A stretch of 64,000 bases of DNA from Amoebophrya sp. A120 (taxonomy: Eukaryota; Protista; Dinoflagellata): assembly GCA_905178155.1 (NCBI GenBank), contig CAJINV010000006.1, positions 3,712,255 to 3,776,254 of the forward strand, given 5' to 3'. The notes below the pieces were generated by a model. That model was not told the origin of the DNA and ran no database searches. It saw nothing but the letters and a program-made list of their open reading frames with translations. The position numbers and the translations under genes are program-made. Shown here in pieces: positions 1 to 12,199 of the stretch (the first letter of the stretch is position 1; the number at the start of each line of letters is the position of its first letter).

Positions 1-259
1 TTTGAGAACTTGTAATGCTGTAAACAGGGTCAGCAGATCGATTTGTAATGCGGCTTTCCTTGCTAACTTGCACTACAACCTTACGGACTGCAAGAACTTG
101 TCACGCGTGACTCCCAAAACTCCTAGCTTTGTGTTGCAAAGTCCCCATCTTGACTCTGGGGTGGGGACGTTTTTGCTTAGGATAAGAAGTTCTTGCACTT
201 CTTCTGTGAGCAGCACGAGAACTAAGAAGATTTTTAACAGCGGGAGGACGAGGATCAAC

Positions 260-1164
260 ACAAATTAAATTTGTAATGCGGATTTGCCTTTAAAAAAAAG
301 ATTTGTAATGCATAGAAGCAATTAGTACGAGTACGATACTTTTGCACAGGATAGAAACAGCTGGTCTGCCATGCTGCGCTCCTGGTAAGGCCTCTCATCA
401 ATCATATGCAAGGAAAAACAGAGTGTTACAGTTACACACTTGCACGTGAATTCAGCATCACAAATTTTCTTCGCATGACGGAACTTGTAATGCAGAAATC
501 ATAAGGCAAAACACACACGAAACGAGACTCGCAAGCCTTTTGCGCATGACAGAGGTCGTCTGCCTTGCATGTCTTGCAACACTGTGTGTAAATATTGTAA
601 CACTTTTTATTTTGCATAAATCACCTTCATCGCGTAGTACACCGGCTCGGACAACGAGTGGCTGTCTTTCTCCCCCTATCCTGTGCAAAAGTATCGCACT
701 CGTATTGCAATGAATCATGTATTACAAATTTTTTTCTTAAGGTAAATCCGCATTACAAATTTTTTTTCTCATGCTGAGGAAATCTGTAATGCATTTATAC
801 GACGAGTACGATACTTTTGCAGTGCATACCCCCAGTACTACTTCCCGCGCGCCCACCTGGGTCCTCCCTTGTGGTTCTTGGTCTTGACGGACGATCCCGC
901 CCCCGAGATTCTTGTACCAGTTCACGTCCCGGGGGCCCCGTGCCGACACCGGCCGCATGGTGCTCCGTCGCTGCTTATCAAATGCAAAAATGTTGTCTGG
1001 GTCGTCTGGGAGGCTCCGAGATTTGTCATGCAGTTTTTCGAAGCTCTCCCACGCCTGGAATGCACGGCCTAACGTCGCAGGTTCTGCAGCCCCAGCCCCC
1101 TGGTGATGCGTATTTTGCAGGAGAAATGCCCTGTCAGCATGGCGAGAAGTGGGCACCCTTTGCA
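260..1164. repeat. Near-identical ~905 bp copy of 9244-10148 (internal piece of the Aurora-like kinase gene, introners included)
   Basis: Constant offset of 8984 and identical ORF translations (432/9416, 458/9442, 869/9853). Both ends fall inside introner elements. Confidence 0.95.
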
Positions 1165-1169
1165 GATTT

Positions 1170-2327
1170 TTAACAGCGGGAGGACGAGGACCAACACCCA
1201 ATTTGAAGAGCCCCGCTGGCGTCGTTGGTTTTGTAGGGCGCGGCATGGTGTTGGAACCATCGCCAGGGATACCACTCCAGAAGCGGGTGATTAAATCCCG
1301 GAGAGCCAACGCAGGAAGGGTGCTGGAGAAAATCAAGCTGGAGCGGGCTCGGGCTAGCCTCAGAATCACTAGGAGGCGGCCCTGGGAGAAGGTGGAAATA
1401 CTGCGCGAATGGTTTCAAACAGGCCGGGCACGACTGCTCTATATTCTCGTTGGGGTTGAGCCTTGTGAAGATGGTTTGCACCTGCTTACTGCTGATGGAC
1501 CGCCAATGAACACCTGGGTCTGAATTTGGATCACGTCCGAGCATGACGCTCCCTGTCATGAGGGTGGCGCTTTCGCCCTCTACGGTGGCCCCGGCGTCCT
1601 TCACGGCGATAAAACTGCTCATGTCGAAGTCAAACACCCTCACCGAAGCCTCCGCTTGCCAGGCTTCGTCTCCCGTGTAGCCAATATTGTTAGGCTTTAC
1701 GTCGTTGTGCGCAAGCCCGAGGTCTGCAAAAGTGTCGGCGTAACACGCGAATAATGCCCGGGTCAGCCTCTCCTTTCCGAGATCACTCGCCGGAGGCGGG
1801 ATCATTCCTGCATTCGGGCTGGTGGTGGCGAGCATTTCTACCTTTTCAAGAAAAAAGAAAAGGCGCGTCTTCAGCTCTCCCTCGCTATTCAGATCAGAGC
1901 TTACAACAAGACGGGACATTCTTGCCACACAATCTTGCGCAGTACGGCTGAGGATTACGTTGAAGATGACCTCGGGAACGTGTTCATCCAGACACTGTTC
2001 TGCATTCGGAGAATTTTTATTCGGACACTCTACTACTTTGACGACTTGGTGGTCGGGCATCGTTTGCTGATCCGGAAAAAAAAAAGGGCGTGGTGGATTA
2101 TTGGACACCTCCGTCACGGTTCCGAAGCTACCAGAAGACAAGCTTCGCGCGTCCCAGCTTATCTCGATGCCGCTGTCAGTTTCGGTTTCCGTTCCTTCGA
2201 CTAATCGTTCCTCGGGCGTCTTGTTCTTTTCGTGCGGAAAGATCCTCATCACGGTTGACACATTCCTATCCGGCTCGGCGCGCCCGCGAACCACAGCCAA
2301 ATCTATCTGATCTTTCCAGTAGCCCAT
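1170..2327 (-). CDS. Intronless divergent protein kinase-like ORF (385 aa)
   Basis: Gly-loop LSSGSFGTV, VVKVV, catalytic loop AHNDVKPNNI, DFD in place of DFG. No clear APE motif. The last codons are read from the repeated motif. Confidence 0.65.
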   Translation of the reverse strand: MGYWKDQIDLAVVRGRAEPDRNVSTVMRIFPHEKNKTPEERLVEGTETETDSGIEISWDARSLSSGSFGTVTEVSNNPPRPFFFPDQQTMPDHQVVKVVECPNKNSPNAEQCLDEHVPEVIFNVILSRTAQDCVARMSRLVVSSDLNSEGELKTRLFFFLEKVEMLATTSPNAGMIPPPASDLGKERLTRALFACYADTFADLGLAHNDVKPNNIGYTGDEAWQAEASVRVFDFDMSSFIAVKDAGATVEGESATLMTGSVMLGRDPNSDPGVHWRSISSKQVQTIFTRLNPNENIEQSCPACLKPFAQYFHLLPGPPPSDSEASPSPLQLDFLQHPSCVGSPGFNHPLLEWYPWRWFQHHAAPYKTNDASGALQIGCWSSSSRC

Positions 2328-3031
2328 CGCGTCCTTCTTTACGTGCTCGTCTGGGAGGATGAAGATTGCGCATAACAGGAAAAGTTGATAGCAGAGTCAA
2401 ATGCACGATTTTTAACAGCGGGAGGACGAGGATCAACACCCAATTTGCTTCTACCGTTATTGTTCTTCCGAAGAAAATTTCCTAGAAGTCCACCTTTAAT
2501 ATTTCTTGGCGCGGTCGAGGAAAAACTCCTTGAAGTGGTCCTTCTCCTTCGTCCCAGGAAAACATCATCCTCTTCATCCACTACACGCAGGGCAAGAACG
2601 ACCCCCGCTGAGATCATATCAGGGCTGTTGCACTCCTCCTGAACACCAAGACGAACATCAAGCGGGCTCGACGTCTTGGAGGTGTTGTAAGACGGGGACC
2701 ACGACCACCTCGACCAGGACGAGGTCGTTGTGTTTAATAGTATCAACACCCTCACCACAAGCAGATGCACCACCCATCTCGCGACGCCGGCCATTTTTGA
2801 ACAAGAAGCTAGTTGTATAGATACTACTAGGTGGTCATGGCCAAACAGTCGGAGTCGCACTCCTCCTTGTCTTTCCCGTGGAGGAGGTGGTCCACGTTGT
2901 TCCCCGGCAAATGAAGAAACTGAAACTCGGCTTGTTTCTACGAAATAAAAGTATTAAAACGGCGCGCTGCACGTAGGAAAAGCAAAGAAATCGACTTCGA
3001 CGATTACTTCATGAAAATGAAAAATCTTCAC

Positions 3032-3293
3032 TATCAAATGTAAAAATGTCTGGGTCTGGAAGAATGCGCGATTTGTCATGCTGCTTTTCCATGACCCATG
3101 AGGTCTGGAATGCAGGACCTAGCATGACCGATTCTGTGCGATCTCTCTCATGCCTATACTGCATGAGAAACTCCCTCCCGACTTGGTCAAAACTGGACGA
3201 CTTTTGGTAATCATGCAGCACAGATTTTTGCATGCTTCAGATTTAGCATGACAAGTTGCATTCTTCCAGACCCAGACATTTTTACATTTGATC
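3032..3293. mobile_element. Introner, family A (TATCAAATGTAAAAATGTCTGGGTCTGGAAG TIR), outside CDS
   Basis: ~30-bp TIR; DR ttcac/ttcac. Confidence 0.9.
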
Positions 3294-3687
3294 TTCACGA
3301 GAAGAGGCCAACGGGAGTACGAGTAACGCACGAGTAAGGAACGATGACGATCATGACCACACGAGTGACGCCAAAACGGGATTTAGTTAGTAGTCAAAAG
3401 GACGAGCAGGAAGAGGTGGAGAATGAACAAATAAGAATAACCTCCTTGACCATAGATACCAGGGCGCAGTTGTGCTGGTTTTCGAACGAAGTTGTGCTGG
3501 TTTTCCTGAAAAACAAACTCAAACTTCACCGCGCCCAGTGGTCACGAGAATTCTTCTACCGTTCATCAAGATCGAATTTCTATTTGTGCATCACTTTAAT
3601 CGATTCACAACCAAGTCAAATTGTTCATCCACTGAAGCACTCACTATTCATCTTCCAGATTATTTATATCTTCAATCCTCCACTCGC

Positions 3688-3899
3688 AATCGCAAGAAAA
3701 AACTGCGTCACTGTGATGATTTTGCAGGATCTGCATCACAAATTTGATAATACACATGGTAGAGAAAATTTGCTATGTGCACTTCCCAAGGGAAAACACC
3801 CTTGGAAACTCAATGTCTTGCATGTGTAGCAAGACAAAAAGCTTTGTGTTCCATTCCATGCATTACAAATTCACAGTGAAACAGTTTTTTCGTGGGATA
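3688..3899. mobile_element. Introner, family E, downstream of the kinase stop
   Basis: AAAAAACTG..CACTGTGA / TCACAGTGAAACAGTTTTTT TIR; DR ctcgc. Confidence 0.85.
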
Positions 3900-3912
3900 C
3901 TCGCAATAAAAT

Positions 3913-6900
3913 TCACAGCCCGATCAAGCTGAATCGGCGTGGCTTTGGCTTGTACTGCACGGTTGCTGCTGATGAAGGAGTTGCAGTTCCAGATGTATTA
4001 TGCATTGCAAAAGTACCGCACTCGTAGTAATTGCAGTTACGCATTACAAATCTACGTAGTTAAGGCAAATCAGCATTACAAATTCACTTTCGTAATGCTG
4101 AGCCACATTGTATTGCGATTTAAAGATACTACTGCGATACTTTTGCACAGGATATGTAGTTGCAGTACTTGTCGTCCCAGCCCCTGCTTCTCGCGTTTCG
4201 CCTCCCCGCGGCCCGGCGCCTGTAGCAGTAGCGCCACCACTATCCAGGAAAAAAAACCCATCCGCACCCATTTTTTGCATCACAAACACTGGCACTTATG
4301 CATGTTTTGCATGACAAATTGGATGGGGATGGGTTATTTTTCCTGGATAGCCACCTCCTTTGTTGATGAAGTTCAAGGCTTTCAAAGGTTGCAGGCCCAC
4401 GTATCCTGTGTAAAAACGTCCCCACTCCAGCGCTGTCATGCAGATTTTCGATTACAGGAACATTTGTAATGCGCATCTCCACGACAGGCATCTTCAGTCG
4501 CGTTTTGGAATTTGTAATGCTGTAAACAGGATAAACAGATGGATTTTTAATTCGGTTCTCCTCGTGAACATGCACTATACTACTAACTACAACTTGTCAT
4601 GCTGGGCTCCCAAAACTTCTGGATTTGTGATGCTAAGTTCGCAACTTGACTATGGGGTGGGGACGTTTTTGCATATGATACCACGACCACGGGAGGTGCG
4701 CCGGCAGCTGGACGATTTTGATGTTGTCCCCCGGCGGTTTTTATGAACTGCAAAAGTATCGCACTCGTATAAATGCATTACAAATTTCCTCAGCATGAGA
4801 GAAAATTTGTAATGCGGATTTACCTTAAGAAAAAGATTTGTAATGCATGATTGCAATACGAGTGCGATACTTTTGCGCAGGATAGTTTTGTGTTCTTGTT
4901 CATCTCCTGCAGCTGTGGTAGTTGTAGCTAGCGCGGCCTGAACACCTCCTTCCAGTTGTACCCCCGGACGACCTCCACCTGGAGCAGTGTGTAGCTCTGC
5001 ATCCCCCCTGTCCTCTCCTCCCGGAGCTGCAAACATGTAGTTGCTTCTACCCTGAAGATCTCCTGCACCGCCCCGTCTCGGTGACGCTGGCGCGACCATC
5101 TTCAAAACCTATGGGTGCGTCAGGTTTGAAATCGTCAAAGTTGAAATAATTGTAATGCATAAAATCGAAACCACTTGGAGGCCCAATTACAAATTCCAAG
5201 CGGTGCATGACAAATTTCGGCGCCGTCTAAATCCAATTTGTCATGCTGTTTAGGGAGAGAAGGCGTCTTTTGTCATGCTACCTTAGCAGCTCTACCGCAG
5301 ACCCGAAACAGGCTGACAGTCGGCCTCGCTTGCCGTTCCTGCAAGAGAGGCACCCCATGCCTTGCAATTTATGCATGAGAAATTATTTCAACTTTGACAA
5401 TTTCAATCCTGACGCTTCCATAAAGCCGCGCCTGCCCGTAACGCGCTGCTGCTTCGCGGAAACAAAGTCGCTGGGTCGGCGAGCTCTGCAAGATTGATGG
5501 TTTGGTTCAGCCGGTTGTTAGGGTTCGTCGCGTGGTTTATTTGCTGAAGATGTAGTTGATGGCCTCCTCCTCGTTCTCCACCCTCTGTACACGTCGAGGT
5601 CGCACCAGGAGGCCCTCCTGCTTGTCGTGTGGAACAGTACATATCGACCGTATTGGCCCGCTGCAGTTGGTGCTGGTCGTGATGAACAACATTTGAATTT
5701 TTGTCCTTACCGTTTGAAGGTGTTGGTGCAGTGGAAGCAATGCAACTGCTGGTCCTGTATTGACAGGAAAAATCCCCCCTCCCCATATTGAAAAGGTATG
5801 TTTCCAAGAATTTGTATTGCGGATTTGAGGTCACAAATCACGTCTGTCTTGCAAGAAGACAAGGGCAGAAGCTTCCGCCCCATTATGGAAGCGGTTTGTC
5901 ATGCTGTTGGGCCTAAAGGGGGGCCGTTTGCCATGCTGAACTACTAGACCCATACGCCCCTACCTAGCCTGGGGATCTGGCCGCAGTGCCTCTCTGCAGT
6001 ACAAAGCTGATTTGTGCTGGTCACAAATCAGCATCACAAATTTCCGTTTTGATATGGGGAGGGGGGATTTTTCATTTTGATATCCTGTATCCAAAATTCA
6101 TTCCACATCCACTGGTTGTAGTGCTGCCACTTGATGCACCGCCTCCAGGGTTGTTGTTCACCATCGGAAAGAAATTCGCGGAGCGCTGTATAACTTGCTC
6201 AAACGCCGGTACAGTCTCAAACGTTACAACAAAATCTGCTGGAATTTGTGCTGCATGATGGGCATGACAGACTCGCACAGCGTTCCACCTTTTGCAATAC
6301 AAATTTCGCCAGATTTTAGTGAGGTTTGAAGCTCCGGAACTTTTCATGCGCAACCCTATGAGAGTTGGCTAGATCATGCTCATCATGCAAGACAAATCTC
6401 GGATTCTAGATTCTATTGTAACTACGCTTGAGATTGTAACACCTGAGCGGGTTATACGTTGCTGTTGCAGCGCTCGTCCAGGTGGTCCTCTGCTGGTAGC
6501 TAACCCACCACCGAGGGGAGCAGGAGCGCCAAAAAAGTTGTTCCCACCGGTCGCGATTTTTGATGTTGGAGTCAACATTTGATAATTTCTGCCATTACCT
6601 GCTATCCTGTGCAAAAGCTGCACTATCGTAGTCGCATGAATCGCAATCATGCATGCCAGATAGCTCCTACGTCTACCTGCTTCCCTGAATCTTCTCCACG
6701 ACAAACTCATTTTTTCTTCTTCACGAGGAAAAGACCATGATTCATTAATTAAGTATACAACTTTTGCAATGCATAGCAGCAATGGCACATGCAGAACTAC
6801 TTGTCCCCACGGAGGTGACAAATTTCAGAATCGCGCGGACACGCTTCACCCCCGACACACCCTGTTTGACCAGCCGCAAGATCTCCTTCTGCTCTTTTAC

Positions 6901-9900
6901 GTACTCGTACAGCCATTCGGATTTTTTCGCCAAGTTTTCGGTTGTACACCTGGTGAAGGGCGAAGGTTGCAGGCAGAGAGTCAGGGTTTGCTGCTTATTC
7001 GGACCACCACCTCCACCGGGGATGATCGAACATGCTGGGCTGGTAGAAGTTGTGCCCGGGGGACCAACTGGTGCAGTTGAACCGACATCAGTAGCACTAC
7101 CACAGTTGGAAGTATTATTCGCCGCGTGCTGGTCGACGGCATCTAATGGTATGCATTGCAAAAGCATCGCACTCGTATAAATGCATTACAAGTTTTCTCA
7201 GTATGAGAAATAAAATTTGTAATGCGGATTTATCTTGAGAAAAAATTTGTAATGCACGAGTGCAATACGAGTACGATACTTTTGCAATTCATAAATGGCT
7301 TGTACAAGCGATTCTCCATCGCATGAAGGAATCTATCAAATGTAAAAGTGTCTGGGTCTGGAAGAATGCAATTTGTGATGCTGCATTTGGATTCCAGAAA
7401 AATCTGTATTGCATGAGCAGCAAAGGGAATGCAATTTTTGCTACGCGGAGAGGGAATTTGTCATGCGGAATAGGCATCGCGAAGCCCTCAGAAAATCTGT
7501 GATGCTAGGGCATGCATCACAGACATCATGGCCAATGCAAAACATGCATGACAAGTCTCAGAATCTTCCAGACCCAGACATTTTTACATTTGATAGAAGC
7601 TTTCTTCGTCCAAAACAAGGTGGACTTCACCTGATGTTGGCCTCCGCTTTCGAGTAGTAGATGAGTTGTCCTGCTGAGCATCGCCGCCACTGCTGGTGCT
7701 GTTTTGGTCGAAAACATGCTCTGCTTCTACAGGTGGTCGACGTCCGGTAGCAACCACAGCCGCGTGGTCCTGTAGAAGTGCTGGCCCGTCTTCTTCATCC
7801 GGAACGGTCTCCGTTTCCGTGTCAACTTGTTCTTGGCGGTACAGGTAGCCGCTGAAGGGGGTGCAATTCTCCAGAATTTGGTACAGAACCACGCCTATGC
7901 TCCACACATCGACCTGCCCGTTGATTTGCGGCTCCTGTTTCGATATGCATTTTTGCAAAAGTATATTATACAGTTTTTGCATCACAAATTTTCTCAGCAT
8001 GCGATGAAATGGAATCTGTCATGCTGATTTAGCTAAGGAAGGAGATTTGTCATGCCAGTCCGCAAGTTGTACGTACGACAGTACACGATACTTTTGTAGC
8101 GGATAGTCAAAATCTCGGGCGCCATGTACTCCAGGGTGCCGCATTTGTCGTTCACAACGTAGGGATATGCATTGCAAAAGTTTATCGTATTGCATTTATG
8201 CATTACAAATCTTTTTCTTGAGACAGATCCGCATTACAAATTGAATTTGTATAAAAAACAAATGCTGGTGACTGAGCAAATTTGTAATGCAGTTTTACCA
8301 GTACGAAGATACTTTTGCACTTCATAAGGGACCAACCACGTCGTCGCGTAAAGTGGTGGCCCAACCGAAATCTGCCACTTTCAGTCTCCACTTCCGGTCG
8401 AACAAAATGTTGTCCGGCTTGAGATCTCGATGCACGATTTTCTTCTGCAGGTGGAGATAGTTCAGCACATCCACAAGGGACTCGAAGATTTCAATCGCCA
8501 CTTGGTCAAGGAGGGAAGAGGAAGTCGAGGCAGAAAACTCGTTGCTCGAAGTAGATGCGGTGCTTCTCACCATCTCGGCCGCGGAGCCGGTCGACGTGTT
8601 CTGGGCTCCTGCTGCAACATTTTTCCCGCTCGACGTTGCGAAATTGGTCAAGAACGGATTTAGCTTTGATGTAGTTCCACCTCCGCCTGCATGATGCAGG
8701 AGCTGCTGCTCCGAAGAGGACGTAGTGCCAGTATTCATCCCAGCACCTCGTGGAGGCGGCGGTCCAGGAGCTGTTGACCTTGACCATGCAGCTCTGGAAG
8801 TACTAGTACCCAGAGCGCTTGCAGAGTCGGTTCTGTGTAATACGCTGGTGTTGATGGGACCACGAGGACGATCACGAATAGTTGTACTTCTGCTGCTGTG
8901 CAGCCTCTGGATCAGCATGGCCAGGTTGCCGTTGGGGCAGTATTCAAAAACGAGGTAGTGCCGAAGGTCCTGCTCAGAGGGCGAGGTAAAATGCTCCAGA
9001 AGTTTCAGCACCAAATTATTCGACTGCGAGGTAGTTGTAGTGGTAGCACTAGTGCTACCCGCTTGCGCATCCCCTCCTTTGCTGGACGTTGTCGGAGCAC
9101 CGACGCCGCTCCCGATACTACACGAACTAGTACTACAATTGCTGGAACTACTACAGGCTTCTTCGTGCAAACTGATCTCCCGAAACTATGAACTGCGAAA
9201 GCATCGTACTAGTATGAATTGCAATACAAATTAGCTCAGCATTACAAATTAAATTTGTAATGCGGATTTGCCTTTAAAAAAAAGATTTGTAATGCATAGA
9301 AGCAATTAGTACGAGTACGATACTTTTGCACAGGATAGAAACAGCTGGTCTGCCATGCTGCGCTCCTGGTAAGGCCTCTCATCAATCATATGCAAGGAAA
9401 AACAGAGTGTTACAGTTACACACTTGCACGTGAATTCAGCATCACAAATTTTCTTCGCATGACGGAACTTGTAATGCAGAAATCATAAGGCAAAACACAC
9501 ACGAAACGAGACTCGCAAGCCTTTTGCGCATGACAGAGGTCGTCTGCCTTGCATGTCTTGCAACACTGTGTGTAAATATTGTAACACTTTTTATTTTGCA
9601 TAAATCACCTTCATCGCGTAGTACACCGGCTCGGACAACGAGTGGCTGTCTTTCTCCCCCTATCCTGTGCAAAAGTATCGCACTCGTATTGCAATGAATC
9701 ATGTATTACAAATTTTTTTCTTAAGGTAAATCCGCATTACAAATTTTTTTTCTCATGCTGAGGAAATCTGTAATGCATTTATACGACGAGTACGATACTT
9801 TTGCAGTGCATACCCCCAGTACTACTTCCCGCGCGCCCACCTGGGTCCTCCCTTGTGGTTCTTGGTCTTGACGGACGATCCCGCCCCCGAGATTCTTGTA

Positions 9901-11152
9901 CCAGTTCACGTCCCGGGGGCCCCGTGCCGACACCGGCCGCATGGTGCTCCGTCGCTGCTTATCAAATGCAAAAATGTTGTCTGGGTCGTCTGGGAGGCTC
10001 CGAGATTTGTCATGCAGTTTTTCGAAGCTCTCCCACGCCTGGAATGCACGGCCTAACGTCGCAGGTTCTGCAGCCCCAGCCCCCTGGTGATGCGTATTTT
10101 GCAGGAGAAATGCCCTGTCAGCATGGCGAGAAGTGGGCACCTTTTGCACGTTATGCATCACAGATCTCTGCAGGATCCGAAACACGCATCACGAGTTCGG
10201 ATCCTTCCAGAGGACTCGGACATATTTGCATTTGATACTGCTTCCTGTCGCGGAAATTTTTGGAGGCGGGAGGACCCGCTCCTGTTTGAGCAGCGGCTGT
10301 GTAGCTGTCGTCCGCGGCGCCGCCAGAATTGTTTAGTGCGCCACAACCGGCGTTGGCTTTCACCACCTTGCACACTACCGCATACGCGCCTTCGGCCAAC
10401 ACGCACACCACATCGTATTTTCTCGTGACTTATCCTGTGCAAAAGTATCGTACTCGTAGTACTTGCAATCACGCATTACAAATCTCTCTCTTAAGGCAAA
10501 TCAGCATTACAAATTTCATTTTTCATGCTGAGGAAATTTGTAATGCATTTATACGAGTACGATACTCATACTTTTGCAATTCATATGACTTCCGGAGGAA
10601 ACACGGTGGAGGAAGTGACTTGCGTTAGGGAGGCGCAGGGAAGGGGCTGTTGCTCTTGGTGTGGCAGGTTGTCTGAGGCAGAAGGATAGTACATGGACGA
10701 GGACCAGGACGGGTACGCACCGTTCTGCTGCGAAGAACTCGTTGGCTGTTGAAACGTCAGAAGTTGCGGCCCGCCGATGAAGTTGTTGCAGCTGCCGCCG
10801 CGCAAAGACGTCGGGGAGACGGGGGGCATGACCCCTCTGTAGTACGTCCCCGAGGTGGTTCTTGCCTGCGCCGTTACGGCCGCGGCCCCCCAGGGCGGTT
10901 GGGCGGTAGTAGCCGTTGTTCCTGCGTATCCACAGTAAATGATTTCCCGTACACGTACCAATGTGGTTTCTGCATGACAAACTTTTCTTCCAATCCTATT
11001 CAGCATGAAGATAAGCGGCATGCTCCAACTTGGTAAAATTTGTCATGCATTTTGTGCATGTACAGGAAATTTGTATTGCATACTGCGGACGACGGGGTCA
11101 ACATCCCGGCGCCCTGGAACTGCAGCTGTTTCTCCGGTGAAGAGCCCAACAT
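3913..11152 (-). CDS. Aurora-like Ser/Thr protein kinase split by 18 non-canonical introner introns
   Basis: Removing each element plus one DR gives a continuous frame: [81 protein letters not shown]; stop TGA 3913-3915. Elements: 10927-11082, 10431-10585, 9960-10237, 9661-9812, 9389-9602, 9187-9337, 8166-8326, 7944-8105, 7334-7595, 7150-7293, 6603-6775, 6210-6438 (degenerate), 5758-6082, 5110-5422, 4742-4884, 4402-4680, 4241-4349, 3999-4154. Start codon is tentative. Confidence 0.85.
4241..4349. mobile_element. Introner, family F (TATCCAGGAAAAA..CCCATCC TIR)
   Basis: TIR; DR accac/gccac. Relatives at 32707-32825 and 58803-58917. Confidence 0.9.
4402..4680. mobile_element. Introner, family C (TATCCTGWGTAAAAACGTCCCCACYCCA TIR)
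   Basis: TIR; DR ccacg. Relatives at 26691, 27369, 27703, 39671, 47693 and 1-184 (partial). Confidence 0.9.
5110..5422. mobile_element. Introner, family K (TATGGG..CGTCAGG..TGAAAT TIR)
   Basis: ~40-bp imperfect TIR; DR aaacc/aagcc. Relative at 37071-37434. Confidence 0.85.
5758..6082. mobile_element. Introner, family I (TAT.......AAAAATCCCCCTCCCCATA TIR)
   Basis: TIR; DR tcctg. Relative at 43448-43782. Confidence 0.85.
7150..7293. mobile_element. Introner, family B (TAT-N5-GCAAAAGYATCGYACTCGTA TIR), the most abundant family
   Basis: TIR; DR aatgg. More than 20 relatives in the window. Confidence 0.9.
9389..9602. mobile_element. Introner, J-related family (TATGCAA..AAAA..AGTGTTACA TIR)
   Basis: TIR; DR aatca. 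Lies just after the kinase YAMKVI motif. Confidence 0.85.
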
Positions 11153-12199
11153 GATGTTGAAGAGGACGAACCACGAAGGCCTGTGCAACTCCTGCTCCTG
11201 GATCTGCTTTGTTCTACTTCGGAGTAGTAGTTGTGCAGCAGCCTACTACAGCTGCTCCAGCAGCTGCTCTTCTGGATCTGGTGGCAAGACGAGGACCAAG
11301 AGGCTCAACATAATACCGCGCAGATGTTCTTTGTTGCTGAGTTCCACCTGAGCCTGGTCGTGCTCATGATCTCGTCCCAGCACAAGGAAAGGTGCTGCTA
11401 CTCTGAACTACATCAGCCCATGGTGGGCAGCTGCTCCTGCCGCTGCAGCACCTGCACCCCCTGCACCTCCTTTCACCACAGCCGGGTCCGCGCTCGGCGG
11501 CGGTTCGCCCGTATTGCCTGCTCCGCGTACACAAACACCAGGGAAAATCCGAGGAAACAGGACAGCAGAACGAAGGGCCAGGTCGTCGGAAGGAGCAACA
11601 TGGTGCCTGCTGTTTCCTGCTGATAGATGTTGCTGTTTTGCTGGTTGTGGCAAAATATACGACCAGCTGCTCCTGCACCGCCCAGCAACTCAGCAAAAAT
11701 CTGTCAGTAGACGCCCACCGACGTCTGCTCTAAGACAGGAAGTTGCGAGGACATCTTCAAACCAAAAGGGAGGTGGAGCCATACACGATTCTGTTTTTTA
11801 ATTTCAATTTCTTACCGTCTTCAATTCTCTAATTCTCAGTTCAAAAAGAGCAGTGAAGTGAACAGCGGAGAGGTAGAGGAGCAGTGGACGCACTAGTGCT
11901 CCACTGATTTTCAAATTTCTGCGATATTTATGTCCCTCTCGCTCAGCAAACCGTGAAGTTCAAAAAACACGAGCCTTCTATTACTTGCCTCGTCATAGTC
12001 AAAATCCTTTACGTATTTCAGCATGTGAAAAAAACACTTCTATACCTCGTCGTTGCAACATGGCAAAAAACTAACAACAACTAAGCCTTCAGTCAATAGC
12101 TCTAGTAGTGCAGTGCGAATAACATTGGAACAGAAGCGGCACCAGATTCGGGGAAACGAGGACAGGTAGCAGGGTTGTACAACTCCTCTAACGTTTGTT

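Larger units (their letters stand above)
229..2447. repeat. Triplicated 33-41 bp motif GATTTTTAACAGCGGGAGGACGAGGAYCAACAC(CCAATTTG)
   Basis: Direct copies at 229-261, 1165-1205 and 2407-2447. Confidence 0.95.
185..2794 (-). pseudogene. Hypothetical signal-peptide protein gene (5' part; continues beyond window start), apparently disrupted by two insertions
   Basis: ATG 2794 (MAGVARWVVHLLVVRVLILL, hydrophobic N-terminus) reads to ...KLGVDPRPPAVKN. If 262-2439 is removed, the frame resumes (VDPRPPAVKN-LLSSRAAHRRSARTS) up to an introner ending at 184. Confidence 0.4.

Noticed and set aside
229-2447. CRISPR-like or integron-like array
   Set aside because: Spacers are ~0.9 and ~1.2 kb, the repeat is non-palindromic and reads as exon sequence, no cas or integrase gene is present, and the context is eukaryotic.
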